16,575 nucleotides of DNA from Oculatellaceae cyanobacterium bins.114 (GCA_033764315.1 JANRJA010000185.1:1-16575); one strand, 5' to 3'. Positions 1 through 8,186 are shown, numbered from the stretch's first letter. Numbers and translations: made by a program. Notes: a model not told the origin generated them from the sequence alone.

Positions 1-139
1 ACAGTTCATGGCTCCTTATGCTGAAATCGTTACCCAATTACTTCAACTCTCACCCCACAAGTGGCAGTATTATCGCAAGGGTATGAGGGCGATGAAGCTT
101 GTCCAGTCTGCTTTGTAGCTACTCTTGTCACCCCGTCAG
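1..139 (+). mobile_element. Right end of an IS4-family insertion sequence (transposase C-terminus plus terminal inverted repeat)
   Basis: Frame 2 reads ...QFMAPYAEIVTQLLQLSPHKWQYYRKGMRAMKLVQSAL* (TAG 116-118), which resembles the C-terminus of cyanobacterial IS4-family transposases. CTTGTCACCCCGTCAG (124-139) follows and resembles their terminal IR. A different protein family starts abruptly after 139. Family assignment is from memory. Confidence 0.75.
2..118 (+). CDS. IS4-family transposase, C-terminal fragment (5' part outside the window)
   Basis: The frame is open from the window edge to TAG 116-118 and ends in a YYRKGMRAMKLVQSAL tail directly upstream of the putative IR. Confidence 0.7.
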   Translation, partial: QFMAPYAEIVTQLLQLSPHKWQYYRKGMRAMKLVQSAL

Positions 140-355
140 CCGATTTTATTGAATCGCATTGAGGATTCTATGATTCGGCTTTATCTCAATGCTTATTCTG
201 CGTCAGGTTTATTGTTTGCAAAATTGGGAGATATTGAACGAGCGAACGCGATCGCAACGCAAATTCAGGACATCGATTTAAAGAACGAATTTGGAGCGAC
301 ATTAATCTTAGACATCTTAACTCCTGCGGTTGAAGACGATGATGAGGCAAGCTAA
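140..355 (+). pseudogene. 3' remnant of a conserved nif-cluster-associated hypothetical (helical/TPR-like) protein gene, interrupted by the IS
   Basis: PILLNRIEDSMIRLYLNAYSASGLLFAKLG...DLKNEFGATLILDIL plus an acidic tail matches the C-terminal half of a protein I recall from cyanobacterial nif clusters. The N-terminal half is replaced by IS sequence. The stop overlaps the start of the next gene. Confidence 0.7.
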
Positions 356-977
356 AACAATTAATCAAGATTGGTTAGTCACTGACGATGGATGTTGTCA
401 GCCCCGTCCATCGAGCAGAGAGTGGGATTTGATTCGCGATCGCTACTACCTGCATCAGTTTTTGAGCGAGATCATCGATTTAACCAATCGGGTTTCTGAT
501 CCAGCAGATGAATGGGACTATTTGCCTCAAATTCGGATGCGAGTCAGACAGTTGATGATTAATTCATATTGGGTGCGATCGCAATTTGCAGACCCTGACC
601 CCAAAACAGGTGTTGCCATTCTCACGCTATATGATGAAATTGGCTATCCTCTCACGGTTCAAATGGTGATTTCAGCCCCAGGCGTTTGTTCGCCCATTCA
701 TAACCACGGCACATGGGGCATAGTCGCGATTTTGCAAGGACAGGAAGAACATACTTTTTGGCGACGCACAGGTGATTCTGAATGCCCCGATCGCATTGAA
801 CTGGTGGGATTAAAAACGCTTAGCCCTACAGAGATCATTAGCTTTGTTCCCGGTGCCATTCATCGCGTCAAAACGATCGGGGATATGCCTGTTGTCGCCT
901 TTCACCTATATGGAGATACTCAACCGCGATCGCGCTTTGAGTTTAATCCTGTAACCAATACTGCTAAACCTTTTTAA
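339..977 (+). CDS. Cupin / cysteine-dioxygenase-like metal-binding protein (nif-cluster associated)
   Basis: SPIHNHGTWG and PGAIHRV cupin His motifs, plus FHLYG. An ATG at 339 or 342 is preferred over the TTG at 330. Confidence 0.85.
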   Translation: MMRQAKTINQDWLVTDDGCCQPRPSSREWDLIRDRYYLHQFLSEIIDLTNRVSDPADEWDYLPQIRMRVRQLMINSYWVRSQFADPDPKTGVAILTLYDEIGYPLTVQMVISAPGVCSPIHNHGTWGIVAILQGQEEHTFWRRTGDSECPDRIELVGLKTLSPTEIISFVPGAIHRVKTIGDMPVVAFHLYGDTQPRSRFEFNPVTNTAKPF

Positions 978-989
978 GCCATTCTTGCT

Positions 990-1439
990 ATGAGCACTGT
1001 CATCTTTTACGAAAAACCGGGTTGCGTCAACAACACCAAACAGAAAACATTGCTGTTATTGGCAGGTCATACGTTAGAAATTCACAACCTGTTGATCGAA
1101 CCCTGGACACGCGATCGCCTGTATCGCTTCTTTCATCAACTTCCTGTGACTGAGTGGTTCAACCGTACCGCTCCTCAAATCAAGTCAGGTGAAATTGTTC
1201 CTAAACACCTTAATGCCGAAACTGCATTGACGTTGATGCTGCAAAACCCAATTTTAATTCGTCGTCCGTTGCTTCAAGTAGGCGATCGCTGTGAAGTAGG
1301 ATTTAACGTAGAACAAATCGATCAATGGATTGGCTTGAGTGCAGTTCATGCCCTTCAAAAAACATCTCATCGATACCTGGTTCAACAAGATTTAGAGACC
1401 TGTCCACACACTGCATCAATCAGCAAGACTGTCGCCTAG
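990..1439 (+). CDS. Nitrogenase-associated protein, ArsC/Spx thioredoxin-fold family
   Basis: N-terminal FYEKPGCxNNTKQK and PILIRRPLLQVG motifs. It starts 12 bp after the cupin gene. Confidence 0.88.
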   Translation: MSTVIFYEKPGCVNNTKQKTLLLLAGHTLEIHNLLIEPWTRDRLYRFFHQLPVTEWFNRTAPQIKSGEIVPKHLNAETALTLMLQNPILIRRPLLQVGDRCEVGFNVEQIDQWIGLSAVHALQKTSHRYLVQQDLETCPHTASISKTVA

Positions 1440-1470
1440 AGCCAGTATCATAGGTTATAAACCATTAACC

Positions 1471-2112
1471 ATGCCTGAATTCCAAACTTCTTCCAACACC
1501 CCCTTTCAATCATCGCAGCGGTGGGCAGATTACTACAATGCGGTGGCGGGTCGTCCACCTCGTGACACGCTGGTCAAGGCATTAGAGCAATTTGAGAATG
1601 AATCGACTCCCAAAATGCCACGTTTAGCGGTCGATTTGGGTTGTGGAGATGGGCGAGATACGGTTGAGTTGTTGCGCCGAGGTTGGCGTGTGTTAGGGAT
1701 TGATGGAGAAGCAGAGGCGATCGCCCGCCTCAAAAATCGTTCTGATGTGGATCTAGCCAAGCTAGAAACGCAGGTAATGCGGTTTGAGTCCCTCATCCTG
1801 CCCTCTCCGGTAGATTTGGTTAACGCTAGCTTTTCGCTGCCCTTTTGCCCACCTGACCATTTTGCTCACTTATGGACAACAATTGTGACGGCATTAGAGC
1901 CAGGGGGACGGTTTTGTGGACAGTTGTTTGGCGATCGCGACTCGTGGGCAACGATTCCTACAATGACTCACCAAACGCGATCGCAAGTAGATGAATTGTT
2001 GCGATCGTTTGAAGTGGAGTGGTTAGAGGAAGAAGAGCATTGGGGAAAAACTGCCCTCAACGAGGAAAAACAGTGGCACCTGTTTCACATCGTGGCAAAA
2101 CGGGTGCGCTAA
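1471..2112 (+). CDS. Class I SAM-dependent methyltransferase
   Basis: Motif I VDLGCGDGRD, an acidic residue at the end of strand 2 (GID), and LEPGGRF. Confidence 0.9.
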   Translation: MPEFQTSSNTPFQSSQRWADYYNAVAGRPPRDTLVKALEQFENESTPKMPRLAVDLGCGDGRDTVELLRRGWRVLGIDGEAEAIARLKNRSDVDLAKLETQVMRFESLILPSPVDLVNASFSLPFCPPDHFAHLWTTIVTALEPGGRFCGQLFGDRDSWATIPTMTHQTRSQVDELLRSFEVEWLEEEEHWGKTALNEEKQWHLFHIVAKRVR

Positions 2113-2118
2113 ATTTGC

Positions 2119-2328
2119 CTAATCAATGGCTACCATAACATCGCTCGATTTAACAACTGCATAAGCTTCTTTGCCCTCGGCTAGACCTAATTTTTCAGCT
2201 GAGGCTTTGGTGATGATGGCAATTACTTCAACTCCAGGTGCAATCTCAATCGTGACTTCACTATTCACGGCTCCAGCAACGATGCTTTTGACAGTTCCTT
2301 TTAGAGCATTACGAGCACTAATTTCCAT
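2119..2328 (-). CDS. mop: Molybdate/molybdenum-pterin-binding protein (single TOBE domain, Mop/molbindin)
   Basis: 69 aa with ISARNALKGTV...IITKASAEKLGL...AVVKSSDV. A GAGGGT RBS-like sequence lies upstream. Confidence 0.93.
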   Translation of the reverse strand: MEISARNALKGTVKSIVAGAVNSEVTIEIAPGVEVIAIITKASAEKLGLAEGKEAYAVVKSSDVMVAID

Positions 2329-2556
2329 AATTGACCCTCACTTCTGCAAATAACATTGAACTCAAATTCTTGTTCATCACAACTGTGACAACACAAAGAA
2401 TTGCTTACATAATAAACTGATTTGGCAGTGATATTCATTGGTTTTACCACCACTTCAACATAGAAAAATGAAGTGACATTTATCACCTTGCATTTATAAA
2501 TTGATATACCTGATCCAGGCTATATTCCTCAATACTCTGTAATGAATTGAAGTCAA

Positions 2557-4194
2557 TCAACCTAACCCCAAAATCTTCTTCAGTAAAAGTTGATCTTCTA
2601 ATTTGGGATCAAATCGTTCATTCTCAACATCTCGGATCCAGCTCTGACTCTTGCCCATCTGCTCCGCCAGATCACGCTGACTGATACCTAGTTGCTTCCG
2701 TGTACTCGCAATTTGTTTTGCCGTTACTAATTTTTTAAATGAGTTTTGTGTTTCGTTATGACCCGTCTGTTTTTTAAATTGACTCCGCCGAGTAGCAGCA
2801 TTTTTAGTCAATTTTTGCCCTTTCTTTTGTTGTTCTTTTTGCGACTGTTTCCAATCAGAGGGCAAGTCAAATTTGAGGATTCGGGCATTCATCAAGAGAT
2901 TCCACTTGCCACGCGGACTTGCATCCGTTAAACGGTTATTGCCGCTACCATCATTGATCCAAAATTCCAAAGCGGCTTCTGCATCATCTGGAACGTCATC
3001 AAGTCTGACCCACAACGGTTGAATCTCGGAAGGATAGGTTTCAGGATCAAAGACAGGCTTGATACCGTAGTGATTTAAGACTTCCAAATCGCTTTCAAAA
3101 GTCCGCAACAATCGCTTGCGTTCTTCTCGATGCAGCGATGCTAATGTGAGTCGCTTTTCTCCATAGGCAATTCGCATTAATGTAGGCACCATAATGCGTT
3201 GTTCTTGTCCCAGCCTCACCTTAAACAGCAACCACAACATAATTCGGGCAGCACCCTCATGCTGTTGCCAAATGCTCATGACCGTGTTCAGCAAAGATTT
3301 GGGCAAAGTGCTGTATTGATAAAAAACAGCTTGTTCTTTGCAACCTTCCCGATTTAAAAAATACTTTGACCAGATTCCGGCTCGGATCGTAAATGACAAC
3401 CCGGCCAAATGTTTGCATCCTGCTTCATCTTCTTGAAAGTAATGCTGGATGTTAAGTAAATGCCAAAGCGGTTGATCTTCAAAGGAAAATCCTGGAATTC
3501 GACCTTGAGATGGACATTTCATCGAAGCCACAATAGAGCAGGCTTGTTGCACAATTTCCTTCATTAGAGTCAGTTTGGCAGCCTTAGTTAAATCCTTGCG
3601 CTTGTCTAATCCCAAATATTCTTCGATTTGGCGATCGCCAATAATAAACTCCTGTTGCCACGGTTGACTTAACGCCGTTGCGTGAGCAGCATAAATCAAA
3701 TGCATACAAGCTGCCCGAATATCAAATGATTCAACGGGGTTAACCTTAGAGTCATTTGCAGATGAAGGAGTATTGTAAGTTTGAAATTCCTCAATTCGGA
3801 GCGTTAAAACCCCACTGCGATAGAGCGATCGCTGATAAAAAAATCGTCCCTGTTCGTCTTGAGTCCACGCCAAAGAGTGACGCTGAGAGAGTAAGTTACA
3901 AGCTTCCCAAATGACAATAGAGGAAGCAAATGGATGATTTTTACCGTTACTAAATAAGTCAGGACTGGTCAAGGCTCGTAGCCCCTGCTTTGCTCTCCCC
4001 CGTTTTGCCTGAGTGGGTGTCGGCAGACTAATGGGGCAGCTGATAACACATTGAGGCTCATCGTAATTTTTGCAATCGTCACACAAGGCTGAATTGATCC
4101 AGTACTGCCCATCCGTTATATCAATTGCCCCAGTGGGGCAAGTAGGCCGGCAACTATCGCACGCTACACAATCACTAGAGATGTTGTAAGGCAT
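2557..4194 (-). CDS. cnfR: CnfR (PatB): nif transcriptional activator with N-terminal 2x[4Fe-4S] ferredoxin domain and C-terminal XRE-type HTH
   Basis: CVACDSCRPTCP and CDDCKNYDEPQCVISCP cluster motifs, central DIRAACMHLIYAAHA, and C-terminal ISQRDLAEQMGKSQSWIRDVENER HTH. The start is placed at MPYNI (ATG 4194) rather than 4239. Confidence 0.92.
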   Translation of the reverse strand: MPYNISSDCVACDSCRPTCPTGAIDITDGQYWINSALCDDCKNYDEPQCVISCPISLPTPTQAKRGRAKQGLRALTSPDLFSNGKNHPFASSIVIWEACNLLSQRHSLAWTQDEQGRFFYQRSLYRSGVLTLRIEEFQTYNTPSSANDSKVNPVESFDIRAACMHLIYAAHATALSQPWQQEFIIGDRQIEEYLGLDKRKDLTKAAKLTLMKEIVQQACSIVASMKCPSQGRIPGFSFEDQPLWHLLNIQHYFQEDEAGCKHLAGLSFTIRAGIWSKYFLNREGCKEQAVFYQYSTLPKSLLNTVMSIWQQHEGAARIMLWLLFKVRLGQEQRIMVPTLMRIAYGEKRLTLASLHREERKRLLRTFESDLEVLNHYGIKPVFDPETYPSEIQPLWVRLDDVPDDAEAALEFWINDGSGNNRLTDASPRGKWNLLMNARILKFDLPSDWKQSQKEQQKKGQKLTKNAATRRSQFKKQTGHNETQNSFKKLVTAKQIASTRKQLGISQRDLAEQMGKSQSWIRDVENERFDPKLEDQLLLKKILGLG

Positions 4195-4471
4195 ATAAAG
4201 CACCATGCGTTCAGATATGCAAAAACACAGCCCATTCAACCCAAGAACAGGCTCCGAAAACCCTCGTAAATTTTTGAGTCAGTAATGCAGGAATAATAGA
4301 TTTTTAATTGAAAAACTTGATTAATTTTGTCCAGGTTGAGCGATTCAAGATTGTCTTAAGATTTATTCGTTTGGATATAAAATAACTTCACAGAATTGAA
4401 AACATCATTCAGTTTTATCCCTTAATTCGTGCCCAATTGAAGCAATCTTTGCCCCATATCCGACTTTTCCA

Positions 4472-4537
4472 AAATTCCCGGTTTCCGATGATGGGAATCA
4501 GACTCCTTTGAAGAGGCTGATGAGAAACTGGGGATCT
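4472..4537. repeat. Degenerate 66-bp palindromic element (arms AAATTCCCGGTTTCC ... AGAAACTGGGGATCT)
   Basis: Imperfect inverted arms at 4472-4486 and 4523-4537. The arm sequence and overall length match the element at 12801-12867. Confidence 0.65.
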
Positions 4538-4688
4538 AGACCTCTAAGTTGTACACCGCGTATCTTTATAAAATTGTTTCCCCTTTCTGATAGACGGAGC
4601 ATTTGGCAAATGAACCTTTCTATCAGCCAAACAACATTAAGACCTGAATGCCGTACCCTTGTTTTTCCAAAGATTTGTAGAGAATCTT

Positions 4689-5681
4689 TCAAATATCTCC
4701 TTCCCCTTCAAACAGCGTCTTCAATGGCAAGGCATTGAGTCCATGCATCTCGTTGAGATAGCGCGACAACACATCGGTTTGTCCGTGTGTTACGTATACC
4801 GTTTTGGCTCCCGTTTGCAAAACAGTATCCACTAAGCCCTGCCAATCAGCATGATCAGAGAGCACAAATCCTCGCTCATAACCGCGGCGTCGGCGTGCTC
4901 CACGTACGGCCATCCATCCTGACGCAAAGGCAGTTTGAGGATGTTGAAACCGCTTCATCCAACTAGAGCGATAGGCAGACGGTGGAGCCAATACCAGGTT
5001 GCCATTGAACTTGTGACTGCGAGGCAGATCTGATGCAGGAATTGTAGGCACCATTGGCACCCCCAACTGGCGGTAAATCTCGGTCAGCACATGCACTGCA
5101 CCATGCACATAGACAGGTTGATCTGTAAACTTAGCTAACTCACCTAACACTCGTTGGGCTTTGCCAAAAGCATAACAAAATAGCAACGAAGGGCGATCGC
5201 GATCGCTCTGCCACCACTCAAAAATCTGCCGACACGTTTCTTCCCCGGTGCTCCAGCGATAGATTGGCAACCCAAAGGTTGCTTCAGTAATAAACACGTC
5301 GCAAGGCACAACTTCAAAGGTCGCGCAGGTAGGGTCATCTCCTCGTTTGTAATCACCTGATACAACCCACACTTCATCATCACACTCCACCCGAATTTGA
5401 GCAGAACCTAACACATGCCCTGCCGGATGAAACGACACCCAGGTATTGCCTAACTTCACCTTATCGCCGTACTCCACACCTTGCAGGTTAATGGTGTCAC
5501 CCAGACGCTTTCTCAAAATGTCTTGCGAGAGATGAACTGCAACATAATGGGTTGAACCAGAACGGGCATGATCGGAGTGGGCATGTGTAATCAAGGCTCG
5601 ATCGACAGGTCGCCAGGGATCGATATAAAAATCGCCCTGTTCACAATACAATCCTTCTTGACGAACAGTGATCAGTGACAT
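4689..5681 (-). CDS. Ligase-associated DNA damage response exonuclease (metallo-beta-lactamase/beta-CASP fold)
   Basis: FYIDPWRPV, ITHAHSDH, AGHVLGSAQ, ITEATFGLPIY, LSDHADW and VTHG motifs. Confidence 0.92.
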   Translation of the reverse strand: MSLITVRQEGLYCEQGDFYIDPWRPVDRALITHAHSDHARSGSTHYVAVHLSQDILRKRLGDTINLQGVEYGDKVKLGNTWVSFHPAGHVLGSAQIRVECDDEVWVVSGDYKRGDDPTCATFEVVPCDVFITEATFGLPIYRWSTGEETCRQIFEWWQSDRDRPSLLFCYAFGKAQRVLGELAKFTDQPVYVHGAVHVLTEIYRQLGVPMVPTIPASDLPRSHKFNGNLVLAPPSAYRSSWMKRFQHPQTAFASGWMAVRGARRRRGYERGFVLSDHADWQGLVDTVLQTGAKTVYVTHGQTDVLSRYLNEMHGLNALPLKTLFEGEGDI

Positions 5682-5785
5682 GGGTACGTGGTCGGCAAAG
5701 CCTTACGTTGAATCAGGCATCTTCTTGCCGCAGTCTAACTTAAAATAGCAATTCTTGTATTGAGTCATCCTAAATATAAAATTTC

Positions 5786-5830
5786 GCGATCGCCCAATTA
5801 ACTTCCCAAGTTCTTTACTTTTCTTCTATA
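5786..5830 (+). repeat. Copy 1 of an imperfect ~45-bp direct repeat (GCGATCGCC-N13-AAGTTCTTTACTTT), possible regulator-binding or promoter element
   Basis: The 14-mer AAGTTCTTTACTTT is identical at 5808-5821 and 8161-8174. Each starts 22-23 bp after the start of a HIP1 site. Confidence 0.55.
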
Positions 5831-6105
5831 GAGTATCGAATAAGAACAAACCTCAAAGATTGAATCCATACAGCAAACAAATTGCTCCATCTAGTCATCT
5901 CTTTACTTGGAGTTCTTGAAACATTTGAATTAGGTTCAACTTATTTTAACCACTTCTATCAGGGTTGACCGTTCAGCAAGAAGTGGAACTGTTGAACTTT
6001 ATCTAAGCTTGAGACAAAAAAGGTCAATTCTGCCATCTGTAGACTAACAAAATAGATGAGTAAATAGATGGGTATTGTTGAGGCAACGATTTGTCAAATT
6101 CCCAC

Positions 6106-7338
6106 TCATGTCTTTAAGTAAGTAGGCAAGCACACACTAAAACAACTCCCAACTCCGACATGGCTCGATACAGTGATCATCCCACCATGATTGTGAGCAA
6201 TCCCTTGAGCGATCGCCAGTCCTAACCCAAACCCTTCAGACCAGCAAGAGCGAGAGCGATCCGCTCGCCAAAACCGATCAAATACATGGGGAAGTTGGTC
6301 AGAAGCAATACCAACACCTGTATCTTGTAGAGTGATAGTTAAATTGGCTCTGCCAAGACTAGCTTGAAGTTCAACCGTTCCCTGTTCGGGGGTGTAGAAC
6401 AAGGCATTATCCATTAAGTTTGTAAATAGGCGTGTGAGCTGTACAGCATCGCCTAAAACAAACAAATGGGGTTCGATCTGAGCTTTGAGTTGAATTTGCT
6501 TTTCTTCTGCGGGTATTTTATACCACTGCATTAACTTTTCTAATAATGTTGTCAGGTCGATCACCTCCTGCTTTAAAGGTAGAGCTTGGTCAGTTCGCGC
6601 TAATGTGAGTAACGCTTCCGTCAAAGCACTCATCTGAGTTATAGCACTGTCGATCGCGTGAAATTTTTCAGCATCCAATTCTCGCATTCCCTCTGGATGT
6701 CTCAGTGCGACTGTGGCGTTACTTTTAATCACCATGAGAGGACTCCTTAACTCATGCGACGCATCAGCCGTAAATTGTTGCAGTCGATGAAAGCTTTGCT
6801 CAATCGGTTGCATAGCTTGATGAGTTAACCAAATTCCTCCTAAGCAACTTAAGGCGAGTGCAATAATAATGCCAATTCCCAGTTCCCACTCTAAGCGGTG
6901 AAGCGTATTTTGCAAATCGCGCATTGATTCACTGGCTCTCACGTATCCAATTACCGTTCCACCCTCACTGTCGTGAATCGGGATGGTGATGGCTTGAATA
7001 GGTTCAGGTTTGATTTGCGTTTGAATAGAGCGGTGAGGTTGAAACGGTAAGGTGATTATATAGTTGCCTTGCTGACCTATTAAATTACCCTGAGGGTCAA
7101 ACCACTGCAAGGCCTGATTATAGACCACTAATGCTTCTTCATCATCTACTATCAACCGTTCACCCTCTACTTCAAGATCGGTAGTTGCTGCTTGTGCTAA
7201 TGTTTCTAATCTATCAGTGAGTTCTTCTGTTAAATCTCTTTCAAATGTGATGCGAATGGCGATCGCAGATGTTCCCAAAATTGCAGCGAACACCACTAGG
7301 TAAGACACCAGAAGTCGATGGCGAATCTGTTGAAACAT
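6106..7338 (-). CDS. Membrane sensor histidine kinase (RppB/NrsS-like, two TM helices)
   Basis: Two hydrophobic segments, H-box FTADASHELRSP, N-box NLMDNA, DTGVG, FDRFWR and GLGLAI. Confidence 0.95.
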   Translation of the reverse strand: MFQQIRHRLLVSYLVVFAAILGTSAIAIRITFERDLTEELTDRLETLAQAATTDLEVEGERLIVDDEEALVVYNQALQWFDPQGNLIGQQGNYIITLPFQPHRSIQTQIKPEPIQAITIPIHDSEGGTVIGYVRASESMRDLQNTLHRLEWELGIGIIIALALSCLGGIWLTHQAMQPIEQSFHRLQQFTADASHELRSPLMVIKSNATVALRHPEGMRELDAEKFHAIDSAITQMSALTEALLTLARTDQALPLKQEVIDLTTLLEKLMQWYKIPAEEKQIQLKAQIEPHLFVLGDAVQLTRLFTNLMDNALFYTPEQGTVELQASLGRANLTITLQDTGVGIASDQLPHVFDRFWRADRSRSCWSEGFGLGLAIAQGIAHNHGGMITVSSHVGVGSCFSVCLPTYLKT

Positions 7339-7339
7339 G

Positions 7340-8029
7340 TTAGTTTATCACTTGATTGTTTCCATAGAGCCGATATCCAACTCCATAAACAGTTTCAATT
7401 AATTCAGTCTTACTTCCGGCGGCTTTCAGTTTACGGCGCAGGTTGGTGATGTGAGTTTTGATGGTTTCCTCTCCCGAAACTTGATCAAACTCCCATAGCT
7501 TTTCAAGTAGCACTGGTCGAGTAAATACCTGATTTGGGTTTCGCATTAGACATTCCAGAAGTAAGTATTCCTTGGGTGTCAGACTGAGAGGTTGCCCTGC
7601 ATAGAGGACGATATGTAAAGCTGAGTCTAGTTCCAATTGTTCATAACGCAGGACAGATTGTTGAATCTCAGTGGGGCGGCGAGATAAGGCTCGAATGCGA
7701 GCCGAAAGTTCTTCTAACTCAAACGGTTTGATGAGATAATCATCTGCTCCAGCATCAAGCCCAATCACCTTATCGGTGGTAGTATCTTTTGCAGTTAACA
7801 TCAGCACAAATCCTTTATATTGGTGATTCCGCAATCGTTTGCAGAGACTAATACCATCTAGCTTAGGTAGCATTAAATCTAGCAGAATCAAATCATATGG
7901 AACGGATTGAACCCGTTCCCATCCCTCAATTCCATCTTTGGCAAGATCTACCACGTGGTGTTGGTGGCGCAAATCTTCTGACAAGGGTTTCGCAATGCGA
8001 TCATCATCTTCCACAAGCAAAATTCGCAT
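7340..8029 (-). CDS. OmpR/PhoB-family response regulator (RppA-like)
   Basis: LLVEDD, LLDLMLP (phospho-Asp), GADDYLIKPF and winged-helix IETVYGVGY. It ends 1 bp from the kinase start. Confidence 0.96.
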   Translation of the reverse strand: MRILLVEDDDRIAKPLSEDLRHQHHVVDLAKDGIEGWERVQSVPYDLILLDLMLPKLDGISLCKRLRNHQYKGFVLMLTAKDTTTDKVIGLDAGADDYLIKPFELEELSARIRALSRRPTEIQQSVLRYEQLELDSALHIVLYAGQPLSLTPKEYLLLECLMRNPNQVFTRPVLLEKLWEFDQVSGEETIKTHITNLRRKLKAAGSKTELIETVYGVGYRLYGNNQVIN

Positions 8030-8137
8030 ATTTTGATGCCAAGTTCATTTCTATATTGAGCATAGATTAACAGCGATATTGCTTTGTAACTCTGCTGTCT
8101 ATCCTCAAGATGTTCTCCATACTATCCCTTCAGGAGG

Positions 8138-8186
8138 GCGATCGCCAGCTTCATCTTTCTAAGTTCTTTACTTTCTTTTTCTAAAA
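8138..8186 (+). repeat. Copy 2 of the HIP1-anchored direct repeat, in the divergent promoter region, followed by a TAAAAT -10-like hexamer
   Basis: GCGATCGCC at 8138-8146, AAGTTCTTTACTTT at 8161-8174, TAAAAT at 8182-8187. Confidence 0.55.

Noticed and set aside
125..355. A stand-alone 76-aa gene starting at TTG 125
   Set aside because: The start codon lies within the putative IS terminal repeat, so the ORF is better explained as a disrupted gene's 3' half.
4195..4239. 15-aa N-terminal extension of CnfR in the ORF track
   Set aside because: The ferredoxin domain begins at MPYNI, as I recall for CnfR/PatB homologues. The longer ORF starts at a TTG with no support.
4275..4281. TGAGTCA upstream of cnfR (also at 5761-5767) as a CnfR-type or autoregulatory site
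   Set aside because: These are single short motifs without the repeated, spaced arrangement described for nifB promoters, so they are compatible with chance.
4195..4688. NtcA box upstream of cnfR
   Set aside because: I found no GTA-N8-TAC. The nearest (GTACACCGCGTATC, 4551-4564) has a poor right half.
4498..4738. Short ORFs 4498..4692(-) and 4508..4738(+), including a possible DNA ligase remnant after the exonuclease
   Set aside because: They have no recognisable ligase or other motifs and run through a palindromic repeat element.
5682..5850. LexA/SOS box upstream of the DNA-damage exonuclease
   Set aside because: No convincing match to the cyanobacterial RGTAC-N3-DGTWC-like consensus was seen.
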